A DNA stretch of 64,000 bases from Chthoniobacterales bacterium. GTDB lineage: Bacteria; Verrucomicrobiota; Verrucomicrobiia; Chthoniobacterales; JACTMZ01. The notes under the pieces were generated by a model. That model had not been told where the DNA came from and did not search any database. It worked only from the letters and a program-made list of their open reading frames with translations. The stretch covers positions 1,993 through 65,992 of the forward strand of contig JBGSSV010000194.1 in assembly GCA_041736875.1 (NCBI GenBank), given 5' to 3'. Positions 17,501-24,893 of the stretch are shown here, piece by piece (positions within the stretch are counted from its first letter, which is position 1; every line of letters starts with the position of its first letter). The position numbers and the translations under genes are program-made.

Positions 17501-18529
17501 GTTGGTGATGGTGGCGGCAAGGAGGTTGTTCGAGAAGAAGCGGAAACTTTCCTGTCCGCCCAACAGAGTGCCGAGCGCATTGGTCCACCGGCCGAGGGTG
17601 ATCGTGCGGGTGCCCCCGGCAAGGTTCATGATACCGGCGAAGCTGGCGCGGCCGTTGTCGCTGCCGTTGTAGATGCCCGCGTTGATGGCGAAATTGCTAT
17701 TGACCAGCATGGTGGGCACGTATAGGGCGCCGGCGCCACCGGGCATGATGCGGCCGCCGTTGATGGTGAGCGTGCCCGTTCCGAAAGAACCGCCCGTGAC
17801 AGTGCCGGAGGAAACGACCGAGTTGGCGCCCATGCGGATGGTGCCGTCGTTCAGCGTGACGCCCCCAGTGAAAGTATTGGTAGCCTGGAGGGTCAGCGAA
17901 CCGGCGCCATTTTTGACGATGCTGCCGCCCGAACCACCGACCACACCGTTAAGAACGAAACGATGGTTAGTTGAGGTTCCGCCGAAATCCGCAACGTTGC
18001 CGTTCAAGTAGAAATTGGTGTTGAAGATATTCTGGCTGGCCGCATTGGCACGGAAGAGCACGGTGGCGGCATCGATGCCAACTTCCACGTTCACGTTTTG
18101 GCTGCCGGTGCTGTTGTTGGTGAAGCCCTCGCCGCTGGTGCGGAAGCTCCAACCACCACCCGACGAGGAGTTGTAGGTGCGGGTCGAGGAGGCGGAACTT
18201 TGGATCTCGAGGCTGGCGAGCCAGAAGAACGTCCCGTTGACCGTCATCGTGAGGTTGCTGTTGTGACCGATCTTGACGAAGTTCGCGGTGTTGACCGGAT
18301 TGTCCGGGCGGTTTTGGCTGTTGCCGTCGGTGGCATAAAACCAAGGCAAATTCCCCGGGCTATCGTCCCACCAAAGTCCACTCGTGTTCTCGCTGCGGCT
18401 GAAGACGGTCTGTTGGGCGGAGGCGTCGTTGGTGGGCCAGCACGCTGCGATGGCGAGGGTTGCGGCGATGGTCAAACGTCCGGCGGAGCGGAATCCGCGG
18501 AAGGTGGAGGAGGTTGGGGGTTTTTTCAT
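14501..18529 (-). CDS. giant autotransporter-associated beta-strand repeat protein with PEP-CTERM sorting tail (1343 aa)
   Basis: ATG at 18529 gives MKKPPTSSTFRGFRSAGRLTIAATLAIAACWPTNDASA. The body is a paralog of 8260..11700. The C-terminus TITAIPEPSTVLAAIGLLGLCLWPLRRHL has the PEP motif, a hydrophobic helix and a basic cluster. Confidence 0.88.
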   Translation of the reverse strand: MKKPPTSSTFRGFRSAGRLTIAATLAIAACWPTNDASAQQTVFSRSENTSGLWWDDSPGNLPWFYATDGNSQNRPDNPVNTANFVKIGHNSNLTMTVNGTFFWLASLEIQSSASSTRTYNSSSGGGWSFRTSGEGFTNNSTGSQNVNVEVGIDAATVLFRANAASQNIFNTNFYLNGNVADFGGTSTNHRFVLNGVVGGSGGSIVKNGAGSLTLQATNTFTGGVTLNDGTIRMGANSVVSSGTVTGGSFGTGTLTINGGRIMPGGAGALYVPTMLVNSNFAINAGIYNGSDNGRASFAGIMNLAGGTRTITLGRWTNALGTLLGGQESFRFFSNNLLAATITNGTVRFARDAAGTASDFVSVNFSGGMAIGTNVGITIGSNVITTFASSDPWGTTTNPLVSVEEGGYFNLSTDVNARNARVQSLSGAGIVTSLANAAAAQSSTLTVSNTSASDSSTFSGRLVQGNLLNETLGTSATNVTLALTKAGAGTLTLAGSNNYTGTTTISGGALQIGNGGTTGSLGTSGAFVNNGTLIFNRSDNIAQGTDFTSSGISGSGNVIKNGAGTLTLTGVNSYTGGVTINAGAISIDNGAAWGALPGSATNQFTFGGNSTLSFFGAPTLGANRGIAINAGVTGTFDTAGFNPTVSGSLSNSGTLRKIGTGTLTLSAASTGFTGKTLIGGGAVAIAGDTRLGAAPGAFTSDSITLTNGGKLVTTTGFTFNANRGITLGTGGGGLEVSSGQTASVGAGQVIAGGGSLTKTGAGTLSLGSASTYSGGTLISEGFIRLQSSSILSGSNIVSGPLGVGDITISGGGILGAGQTLNATNITVNGDFAVNQGARGGLNGRLSLGANLINLSGATRTVSVGGYTNAAGSLQGGIESLRFITNATFYTPTITNGTMRFVRDAGGSSSDFASVNFGVTNIQFAGGSGFIVGTNIITTFGPGNAFVNTNGVLPHVATEDGGIFNLGTSNGVNSQTIRSLAGTAGFVTTLANAASTNTAILTISNQAGDNFNYGGRIVTGSELNATIGTTATNAAIAITKTGAGTQVLSGNNTYGGATTVAAGVLTFANTNAKSVNSQVTVQSNAVIGLGVGGSGGYDEATIDTIISNTATGYTMNVGSIVGIDTTAGNFSYGTGIANSRELWKLGANTLTLTAGSGRTGATAVTGGTLQLNATSGQAAGGTSGITVRTGATLLIAKNDQVNDTATITLSGGTIARGSGVNEVMGDLTLTEASFLDYGTGEIGTLTFGTYSPTLKLTVNNFLAGNVLKFVGSDLTSTVNNTSLFSFSSAFNSGWDSGSSTFTITAIPEPSTVLAAIGLLGLCLWPLRRHLTRWSKAAGAPFDLG

Positions 18530-18659
18530 GGTTGTGGTCGGGGTGTGTGGGGAGTGGATGGGAAGAATAGGACGATCCGTTAGGCCGGTGGCCTTGCGCA
18601 ATAACGGCTTCAGGCAAAGAAAGAGAGGGTTTGCAAAGGATTGCTGATTTTTGTGTCTG

Positions 18660-18679
18660 CCGCGGGGTCCGGCCCGCGG
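18660..18679 (-). terminator. 7-bp GC stem-loop (CCGCGGG gtccgg CCCGCGG) 6 nt after the pseudopilin-like gene stop
   Basis: Read directly. No U-tract follows on the transcribed strand. Confidence 0.3.
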
Positions 18680-18685
18680 TCAGTG

Positions 18686-19438
18686 TCACCAGCGGTAGTA
18701 AAGTTGGTTGGTCGGGCTGTAGGCGTTGTATTGCGGGTTGGCCGCGGAGGATTGGTCGCCGGCGATGGACTCGATGTGGTAGTCGCCGAAAAGGTAATAG
18801 GCTTTGTTGTTGCGGGAGATCCGGTAGGAGGACTCGACGTCGCGGGCGAAGGTCGGGGCTTGCGAGGGAATGAAGTCATGGCCGCCCGCGCGGTTCTTCT
18901 CGCCGACGATGACCAGCTTGCTGAGGTTCGGGGCGCGCAGAAGAAAACCCTGGAAATTGTTCATGTTCGCCGAACCCGAGTTGTAATAGAGGTGGTTGTT
19001 CATGCCCCAGGCGGTGCCCCAGTAATATTGGCTGTTGGGATTGAAACTCCGTCCGGGAGGCATCTGGGCGAAGCGCTTCGAATACCAAAGGGGGCGCTTG
19101 TTCCAGTTGTAGATGGAGTTCTTGCTGAAACTCGAAAGCGGCTCAAGGTAGCGGTCCACACTCTCCATGAAACTGTCCCGCTCCTGCGAGTCGCCCGGCA
19201 CAGGGGCGTTGCGGTTGGGGATGCGCCCGTTGTTTTCGCCCGCATAAATGGCGATGGCCGAACCGATCTGCCGCAGGTTGCTCAGGTCGGCCGCGTCGCC
19301 CCCCCGGTCCAACGCGGCTCCGGTGACGGGAATGGCGATGGCGGCCAGAATCGCGGTGATCGCGACGACGACCAGCACCTCGATGAGGGTGAAGGCCGGC
19401 GCCTGACCGGCCGGAGTGGTGCGGAAGTTGGCTTTCAC
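18686..19438 (-). CDS. prepilin-type N-terminal cleavage/methylation domain protein (pseudopilin-like)
   Basis: AFTLIEVLVVVAITAILAAIAIP is the canonical class III signal with the methylated F and E+5 helix. The globular part is rich in N, Y and W and ends LFGDYHIESI..., as in the expanded PVC pilin-like families. Confidence 0.85.
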   Translation of the reverse strand: MKANFRTTPAGQAPAFTLIEVLVVVAITAILAAIAIPVTGAALDRGGDAADLSNLRQIGSAIAIYAGENNGRIPNRNAPVPGDSQERDSFMESVDRYLEPLSSFSKNSIYNWNKRPLWYSKRFAQMPPGRSFNPNSQYYWGTAWGMNNHLYYNSGSANMNNFQGFLLRAPNLSKLVIVGEKNRAGGHDFIPSQAPTFARDVESSYRISRNNKAYYLFGDYHIESIAGDQSSAANPQYNAYSPTNQLYYRW

Positions 19439-19459
19439 CGGGGGCAGAGGAAAAAGGCG

Positions 19460-20134
19460 TCAGTTCTGCAGAATCGTGATCTTGCCGATCTTGCCCTTGA
19501 ACGGACGGCCGGCGTTGCCTTTGAGGCCAACGAAAACGGCCGATGGCTCGGTGATGATCGGGCGGTCGAATTGAACGCGGGACGTCTGGCCGTTGCCCTC
19601 GACCACAAGCTCGCCTTCGCTGATGTTGACCGTCACCTTGGTCCAACTCTCCGGCTTCGCTTCCACCCGGGCCGCGACGTAGTTGCCCTTGTTCACCTCC
19701 GTATCGAAGTAAAGGATGATGTCCAGTTTCTGCGTGGCGGCAATGTAGCGCACCTCCAAGCCGGCCGTGCTGAAGGCCGTCATGTCCTCGGTTGTAGGGT
19801 CAGGACAGACGCTCAATTCCACTCCCGTGCCGGCATTGATCCGGACCTTGGATTCCCCCGTGCTGCGCACCGCCTTGGTCTGCTGCCCGCCAAAAACCAG
19901 GGCCCCACCCTCAGGAAACTCCGCGGATCGCTCGATCGCCGCATCGGACTCCGCGGTGCCCTGCAGGTTCATCCCGCCTACGGTGTCAGGGATGGTCACC
20001 GTGCCACCGGAACTCGTGCCATCGGCGGGATTCCATTCTGCGATGGGCGCGGCGTGGAGATTGGTGGCCACGGTCAACAAGGTGGCCAGAACGAGGAAAC
20101 ACGCAGGGAACGCAGATTTGATGATGAGGGGCAT
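19460..20134 (-). CDS. secreted concanavalin-A/LamG-like lectin-fold protein (hypothetical)
   Basis: Signal peptide MPLIIKSAFPACFLVLATLLTVATNLHA. The single ~190-aa domain has an alternating beta pattern and the tail RPFKGKIGKITILQN, typical of LamG_3-type domains. The fold call is tentative. Confidence 0.5.
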   Translation of the reverse strand: MPLIIKSAFPACFLVLATLLTVATNLHAAPIAEWNPADGTSSGGTVTIPDTVGGMNLQGTAESDAAIERSAEFPEGGALVFGGQQTKAVRSTGESKVRINAGTGVELSVCPDPTTEDMTAFSTAGLEVRYIAATQKLDIILYFDTEVNKGNYVAARVEAKPESWTKVTVNISEGELVVEGNGQTSRVQFDRPIITEPSAVFVGLKGNAGRPFKGKIGKITILQN

Positions 20135-20269
20135 GGGATGGAGGGGATTTGAGCGACTTCAGGCAGTCGGCGGAGTTAACCTCCACGAGAACCTGACGAG
20201 TCGCTGGCTGGCAACATTGCACCGAACGTCCCGCACGCCAACCGGGATTACCGGCAAGAGCCAGAGAAT

Positions 20270-21343
20270 CTATGACGTTTCTCGCAATTTATTGCGCTGA
20301 ACCTTCCGGGTAGTTTCGCCCATGACGAACTCCGGAGGCAGGAGGACCGAGCGGGAAACCTCCCGCGGGGTCTGCAACCGGTTGACCAACCGGCGCAGGG
20401 CGGCCGCACCCAACTCCTCGCTGACCACATGCATCATGGTCAGCGGCGGAAGATGGTTGCGGTCTTGATAGCGCTCGCTGCAACTGGCCACTGCCACGTC
20501 CCGCGGCACCTTGAGCCCCTTCTGGAGCAGAAAATCCAGGAGGCTGGAAGCGGTGCCCGCCGAGGAACAAATCCATGCATCAACCCCCTGTTTGATCCGG
20601 CCCAGCACCTTGGCGCCCCAACCATCGTCAGCGAACTCTCGGTTGGTCAGCGATTGCTGCAAACTCACCGGGCAGATATCGCGGGGATCCTGCGGCATCC
20701 CCAAGCGGAGCAGGCTTTCAAAATAGGCGGCCAAGCGCGAGCGCGACCAGGTCACTTGGCGACAATAGCCGAAGAAGCCGATCTTGCTGTGCCCGCCCGC
20801 CACTAAGTGATCGAGCAAGGCATCCACGCTGCGGCGATCATCGACCCCCACGTGATCCGCCTCGGTGGAAGAGTATTGGTAGACGATCGAGACGGTGGGA
20901 AAACGTTCGGCGATCCGCGCGGCCACCTCGACCGGCCAGTAGTGGATGAGCACCACCCCGTCAACCATGCCGGCCCTCATGGCCACCGGCTGGCGTTCGT
21001 GATCGAGCACGGAACTGCAGTCGTCCGGCTGCACATGATGGGACAGGACCGCGAGGTTCATGGCGATGGAGGTGCGGCTCATCCCGGTGAGGAAACCCTG
21101 ATCGGTGCCGGGCGCCACCGAGGTGGCGAGGGCGAGGATCTGGTGCGGGCGGGCGTGGATATCGGGCCCTTGGAGGCCCGGCAGGACGTAACCCAGTTCC
21201 CCGGCTTTCTCCAAAACAAGGCGTCGGGTCTCCGGATGGATTCCGTCGGCATTGCGGATCGCCCTCGACGCGGTTGAAACGGAAAGCCCGAGCGAGCTGG
21301 CAATGGTGGTGAGGTTGGCTCCGGGGGAGGGTTTTCTGGCCAT
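20270..21343 (-). CDS. LacI-family transcriptional regulator
   Basis: The N-terminal helix-turn-helix is ANLTTIASSLGLSVSTASRAIRNADGIHPETRRLVLEKAGELGY, followed by a periplasmic-binding-protein-like sugar sensor domain. The start is probably ATG 21343 (MARKPSPG), although the tracked ORF reaches 21397. Confidence 0.88.
   Translation of the reverse strand: MARKPSPGANLTTIASSLGLSVSTASRAIRNADGIHPETRRLVLEKAGELGYVLPGLQGPDIHARPHQILALATSVAPGTDQGFLTGMSRTSIAMNLAVLSHHVQPDDCSSVLDHERQPVAMRAGMVDGVVLIHYWPVEVAARIAERFPTVSIVYQYSSTEADHVGVDDRRSVDALLDHLVAGGHSKIGFFGYCRQVTWSRSRLAAYFESLLRLGMPQDPRDICPVSLQQSLTNREFADDGWGAKVLGRIKQGVDAWICSSAGTASSLLDFLLQKGLKVPRDVAVASCSERYQDRNHLPPLTMMHVVSEELGAAALRRLVNRLQTPREVSRSVLLPPEFVMGETTRKVQRNKLRETS
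20284..20297. promoter_or_regulatory. 14-bp palindrome CGCAATTTATTGCG (candidate LacI-type operator)
   Basis: The 6+6 arms are perfect with a central TT mismatch. The GCAA..TTGC half-sites resemble LacI/PurR-type boxes. It lies in the last codons of the LacI gene, 150 nt upstream of the LamG-like gene start. Confidence 0.3.
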
Positions 21344-21499
21344 AGGGGATAGGGGTTGAATGTCACTATGCGCCATCATTGTTTCCCGGCAAGCCAAAGA
21401 TATTTTGCGAAAAGAAGCGCTAGCGAGTGGCCAAAACTCAGGACAAGGCGTTGCGCCAAATGCCGAAGGTGTAAGCCACTCGTCCTACAGCCTGACATG

Positions 21500-22120
21500 G
21501 AGGCATGGGCGTGAGCAAAGCTGCCGCGTCCGTCCGGGACCATCTGAGAAATCAAACCAGAGCAAGCGGCGTGCCCTTTGCTGCTCTGCTTGAGCGGATT
21601 GTGGTCGGGCGACGGCTGTGGCGGTTGATCCGGTTGGGTCCGGGCTCGTCTCGCCCGCCCCGTGATCTGGAACTACTTGGAACCCGGAGTCCGTCGATGG
21701 AAGGGCTGCGCAGCCGAGGAAAGCAGCAGGCGGAACTGGTTGGCCCACCAACCGTGGCAACTGGTGCGGCCGGCAAAGAGTCCGAGTTGCTGCTCCTTGA
21801 TCCTATTCTCCATCTCTCCTCGTGCGCAGTAGATCTCGTCGTAGATCTTGCGGGGTTCGCCCTCCAGGCTGGTGAGAATGAAGCGCGGGTTGGCCCCCTT
21901 CTCGGTGTGCTCGGCTTTGGCCATGACCTGGCGCGACCGATCCCGACTCGCCGCCGCGTAGTCCAAGCGCGTGAAGTGACGTTGCTTCCCCTTGGTCGCG
22001 GCGAAGGCCGCGGCCGCTTGCCTCATGGGCTCCTGGAGCAGGGCCAGCAACCGCGCGTTCTTGGCCAAGCCCACCACGTATCCGGCCAACGACTTCCCCG
22101 ACATCCATGCCGCGACCGAA
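21500..22120 (-). mobile_element. IS1380-family transposase remnant (C-terminal part only, degraded 3' end)
   Basis: ORF 21673..22152 reads GYVVGLAKNARL...VMAKAEHTEKGANPRFILTSL...IYCARGEMENRIKEQQLGLFAGRTSCHGWWANQFRLLLSS, which are hallmark IS1380 DDE transposase blocks. The N-terminal half is missing. Downstream of 21673 the homology only continues by hopping frames (TTIR..., ARRLLWFDFSDG). Confidence 0.7.
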
Positions 22121-22972
22121 GCCATGTTCGAGGCGGCGGGGAAGAACGGCATGAGTTTCGCCGCCTGCTACGAGGACCGGACGCTCAAGATCATGCTCGA
22201 CCAGGGCAAGATCACGCCCGACCAGGTGCCGGACCTGCTGCGCGCCGACCTCAAATGGGCAGCCGACCATTGGTTCCCCGCCGGGCATCACCAACGTTTC
22301 CGGGACAAGCCCCTGCTGCTCACCTTCGGGCCGCTGGAGGTCAAAGACCGGGAGACGTGGAGCCAAGCCCTGGACCTCCCCAGCGGCCGCCCCGCTTTCT
22401 TCGCCCTGCACCACCTGTGGCAGGGCGTGGGTGCCGATGGCGGCTTCTCCTGGGTTCACACCGAACCGTTCGACGGCGAACCTTTGCCCGACGTCATCCA
22501 GCGCCGGCTCGCCGCGACCCACGAATTCCGCTCCAAGAACCCCGACGAATCCATCCCTTCCGCCTACCCGGGATGGCGGGACATCTACGAGGTAAGCTAC
22601 CACGAACCGCTCGACCGCCGCGACGGCCGAACGATGCGCGAGACCCTGCAGGCCGCAATGGATGGCCCGTGGCCCATGGTGCAGCTCGTGACGTGGAACG
22701 ATTACGGCGAAGGCACGGTGATCGAGCCGACCCACGAATAGGGCTACGACGCCCTCGAAGCGATCCAAGAAGCACGCCGGAGGGAGATCGGCGAGGCGTT
22801 CACCTTCACCGCCGACGACCTCCGCCTCCCCACCCGACTGCTCGCCCTCCGGCGAACACCCGGCGCTTCCGCCGGCGAGGTTGACCGGATCTCCGACCTG
22901 CTGGTCGCCGGCCGAACCGAGGAAGCGCGGGCCCTGCTCGACGCCATTTCGGCAAAGACGAGCACACCTTGA
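22120..22972 (+). pseudogene. 5'-truncated GH71/GH99-like glycoside hydrolase with an in-frame TAG
   Basis: Coding sense appears only from about 22110-22125 (EAMFEAAGKNGMSFAACYEDR...) and runs to VQLVTWNDYGEGTVIEPTHE. TAG at 22739-22741 is followed by 76 more in-frame coding-like codons (GYDALEAIQEARRREIGEAF...) up to TGA at 22970-22972. There is no plausible N-terminus or start codon. Confidence 0.6.
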
Positions 22973-23295
22973 GCACCTCGCCCGATGAGGGATCGGATTG
23001 AGCCGCAGCGAGGCACCGTGCTCGCATGCCCGGATATTGCGAAAATCATGAGAAAGGTCCGGATACCGCGCGAAACCTTGCCCGGGGGGCCGCTTCGAGG
23101 TAACGTCGTAAGTCGCATGGGCACGCCGACTTCCGCAGGATCGACGATGCTTGGTTGCCATTCGGATCCCGCGCGCGCAGCCACCCCCAACGGACCCTCC
23201 GGCCTTGGTTGGCCAGTTTAGTTCTTGGCTCGTTTGGTTTGTTTGGCTTTTGTCTGGCATGGATTTCTGGGGGTGGTCTACTGGTGTTACCTCCT

Positions 23296-24798
23296 GTGAA
23301 GACGAAACGCCTCATCGCGATCCTGCTACTTATGATCTTGCACCAGCAGCCCGCCCATTCGACCGAGTCCCCCTACACGGTGGACCAAGCCGATCCGACG
23401 ACGATCGAGAAGAACGAGAAAAATTGGATGGCCGACACCCGCTTCGGCATGTTCATCCATTTCGGCCTTTATTCGATCCCCGCGGGCGTCTGGCAGGGCG
23501 AGGAAATGGGGCGAAATCACTACGCCGAATGGATCCGCACCCAATGGCGGTGGCCGCAGCCATCGGGCGGCATTCCCAAAAAGGATTACGACACCCTGCT
23601 GGCTCAATTCAACCCCACCAAGTTTGATGCCGACGAATGGATCGGCCAGGCCGCCAAAGCCGGGATGCGTTACTTCGTCATCACGAGCAAGCACCATGAC
23701 GGCTTCGCGCTGTGGGATTCCGCGGTCTCCGACTACGACATCGCCTCAACCCCTTTCGGCAAAAACGGACGTGATCCGCTGGCCGAACTCGCCGCCGCCT
23801 GCCGCAAACAAGGCGTCAAGCTCGGCTTCTATTACTCGCATTGGCAGGATTGGGAGCATCCGGGCGGGGCCCTGCCCCCGTGGCCCGAGATCAAAAACGA
23901 CCCGCCCCTCAAACAGCCCTCCGATGAGGAGTTCGGAAAATACTGGGAGGAAAAATGCCTGCCGCAAGTTGCCGAGCTCATCGAGCGCTACCAGCCCGAC
24001 ATGTTCTGGTTCGACACCTGGGGCAAGGGCGCGAAAAATCAAGTAACGGCTCCGCGCCGCGATCAGCTCATCAATCTCATCCGCGACAAGGCTCCGAACT
24101 GCATGATCAACGGACGCATCGCGTCGCACGATCCGGCGGGAGCCGATTTCATCTCCATGGGCGACAACCAGTTTCCCGATGCCAGCAACGCGCCCAAGGT
24201 CCCGTGGGAGACACCCGGCACGATGAACCACGCCTGGGGCTATCACCGCCTCGACTTTCAATGGCGCTCCTTCGGTCAACTCCTTGATGCACTCATCAAC
24301 AACGCGCACCACGGCGGCGCGGTTACGTTGAATGTCGGACCTCTGCCGGACGGCTCGTTCCAGCAGGCCGCCACGCGCCGGTTGAAGGAATTTGCCGCGT
24401 GGATGGAAATCAACGAATCGGCGCTCCAGCCAACGGGGCGAAGTCCGTTTGCGAAGGATGCCTTGCCGGAAAACGTCCGCGCCACGGTGGGCACCGATGC
24501 ATCCGAGCCCCATTTCAACCTCTTCCTGCTCAAGCCGCTGCCAGCCGGTGACCTTGTTCTGCCCCAGCCGCTCAAGTTGGAAAAACCCTCCACCAAGTTC
24601 CGTGCCCAAGTGCTCGAAACCCACGAACTGCTGCCGGTCAAAATCGACGACGAAGGAAAACTCGTCATCAGCATCCCGAAGGACCTTGCTGGTGTCGATC
24701 ACCCAGTTATCCGCGTCGGTCCCGCTTCATCCATCCCCGCCCTCTACGAAGACGGAACTCCGGTGGGGCCGGTCAAACCGGGGACAATGCAGAAGTAA
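23296..24798 (+). CDS. secreted alpha-L-fucosidase, GH29
   Basis: GTG at 23296 gives VKTKRLIAILLLMILHQQPAHS. The GH29 blocks are RFGMFIHFGLYSIPAGVW and ITSKHHDGFALWDS. Confidence 0.9.
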   Translation: MKTKRLIAILLLMILHQQPAHSTESPYTVDQADPTTIEKNEKNWMADTRFGMFIHFGLYSIPAGVWQGEEMGRNHYAEWIRTQWRWPQPSGGIPKKDYDTLLAQFNPTKFDADEWIGQAAKAGMRYFVITSKHHDGFALWDSAVSDYDIASTPFGKNGRDPLAELAAACRKQGVKLGFYYSHWQDWEHPGGALPPWPEIKNDPPLKQPSDEEFGKYWEEKCLPQVAELIERYQPDMFWFDTWGKGAKNQVTAPRRDQLINLIRDKAPNCMINGRIASHDPAGADFISMGDNQFPDASNAPKVPWETPGTMNHAWGYHRLDFQWRSFGQLLDALINNAHHGGAVTLNVGPLPDGSFQQAATRRLKEFAAWMEINESALQPTGRSPFAKDALPENVRATVGTDASEPHFNLFLLKPLPAGDLVLPQPLKLEKPSTKFRAQVLETHELLPVKIDDEGKLVISIPKDLAGVDHPVIRVGPASSIPALYEDGTPVGPVKPGTMQK

Positions 24799-24810
24799 TC
24801 CACTCCTGAG

Positions 24811-24838
24811 AAAAAGCCCCTCAAGCCGGCGTTTTTTT
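24811..24838 (+). terminator. weak A/T-flanked hairpin plus T7 run after the GH29 stop
   Basis: aaaaagcc-N9-ggcgttttttt. The stem is short and bulged. The T7 run stands out in this G+C-rich sequence. Confidence 0.3.
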
Positions 24839-24893
24839 GGTGTTTTTCCAATAAACTGCTAGTTTGAAAGTTGTCTGTCCCCCTCCCCCGGAG

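Noticed and set aside
18588-18603. Reading GGTGGCCTTGCGCAA as a sigma-54 (-24 GG / -12 GC) promoter.
   Set aside because: The GG-to-GC spacing is 9 or 11 nt rather than 10, and the flanks do not fit TGGCAC-N5-TTGC. One copy also lies between two convergent stop codons.
21505-22884. A 459-aa plus-strand ORF spanning the IS remnant and the glycosidase fragment.
   Set aside because: The sequence is Arg/Pro/Gly junk. The meaningful readings are the minus-strand transposase blocks and a different plus-strand frame (21992..22741).
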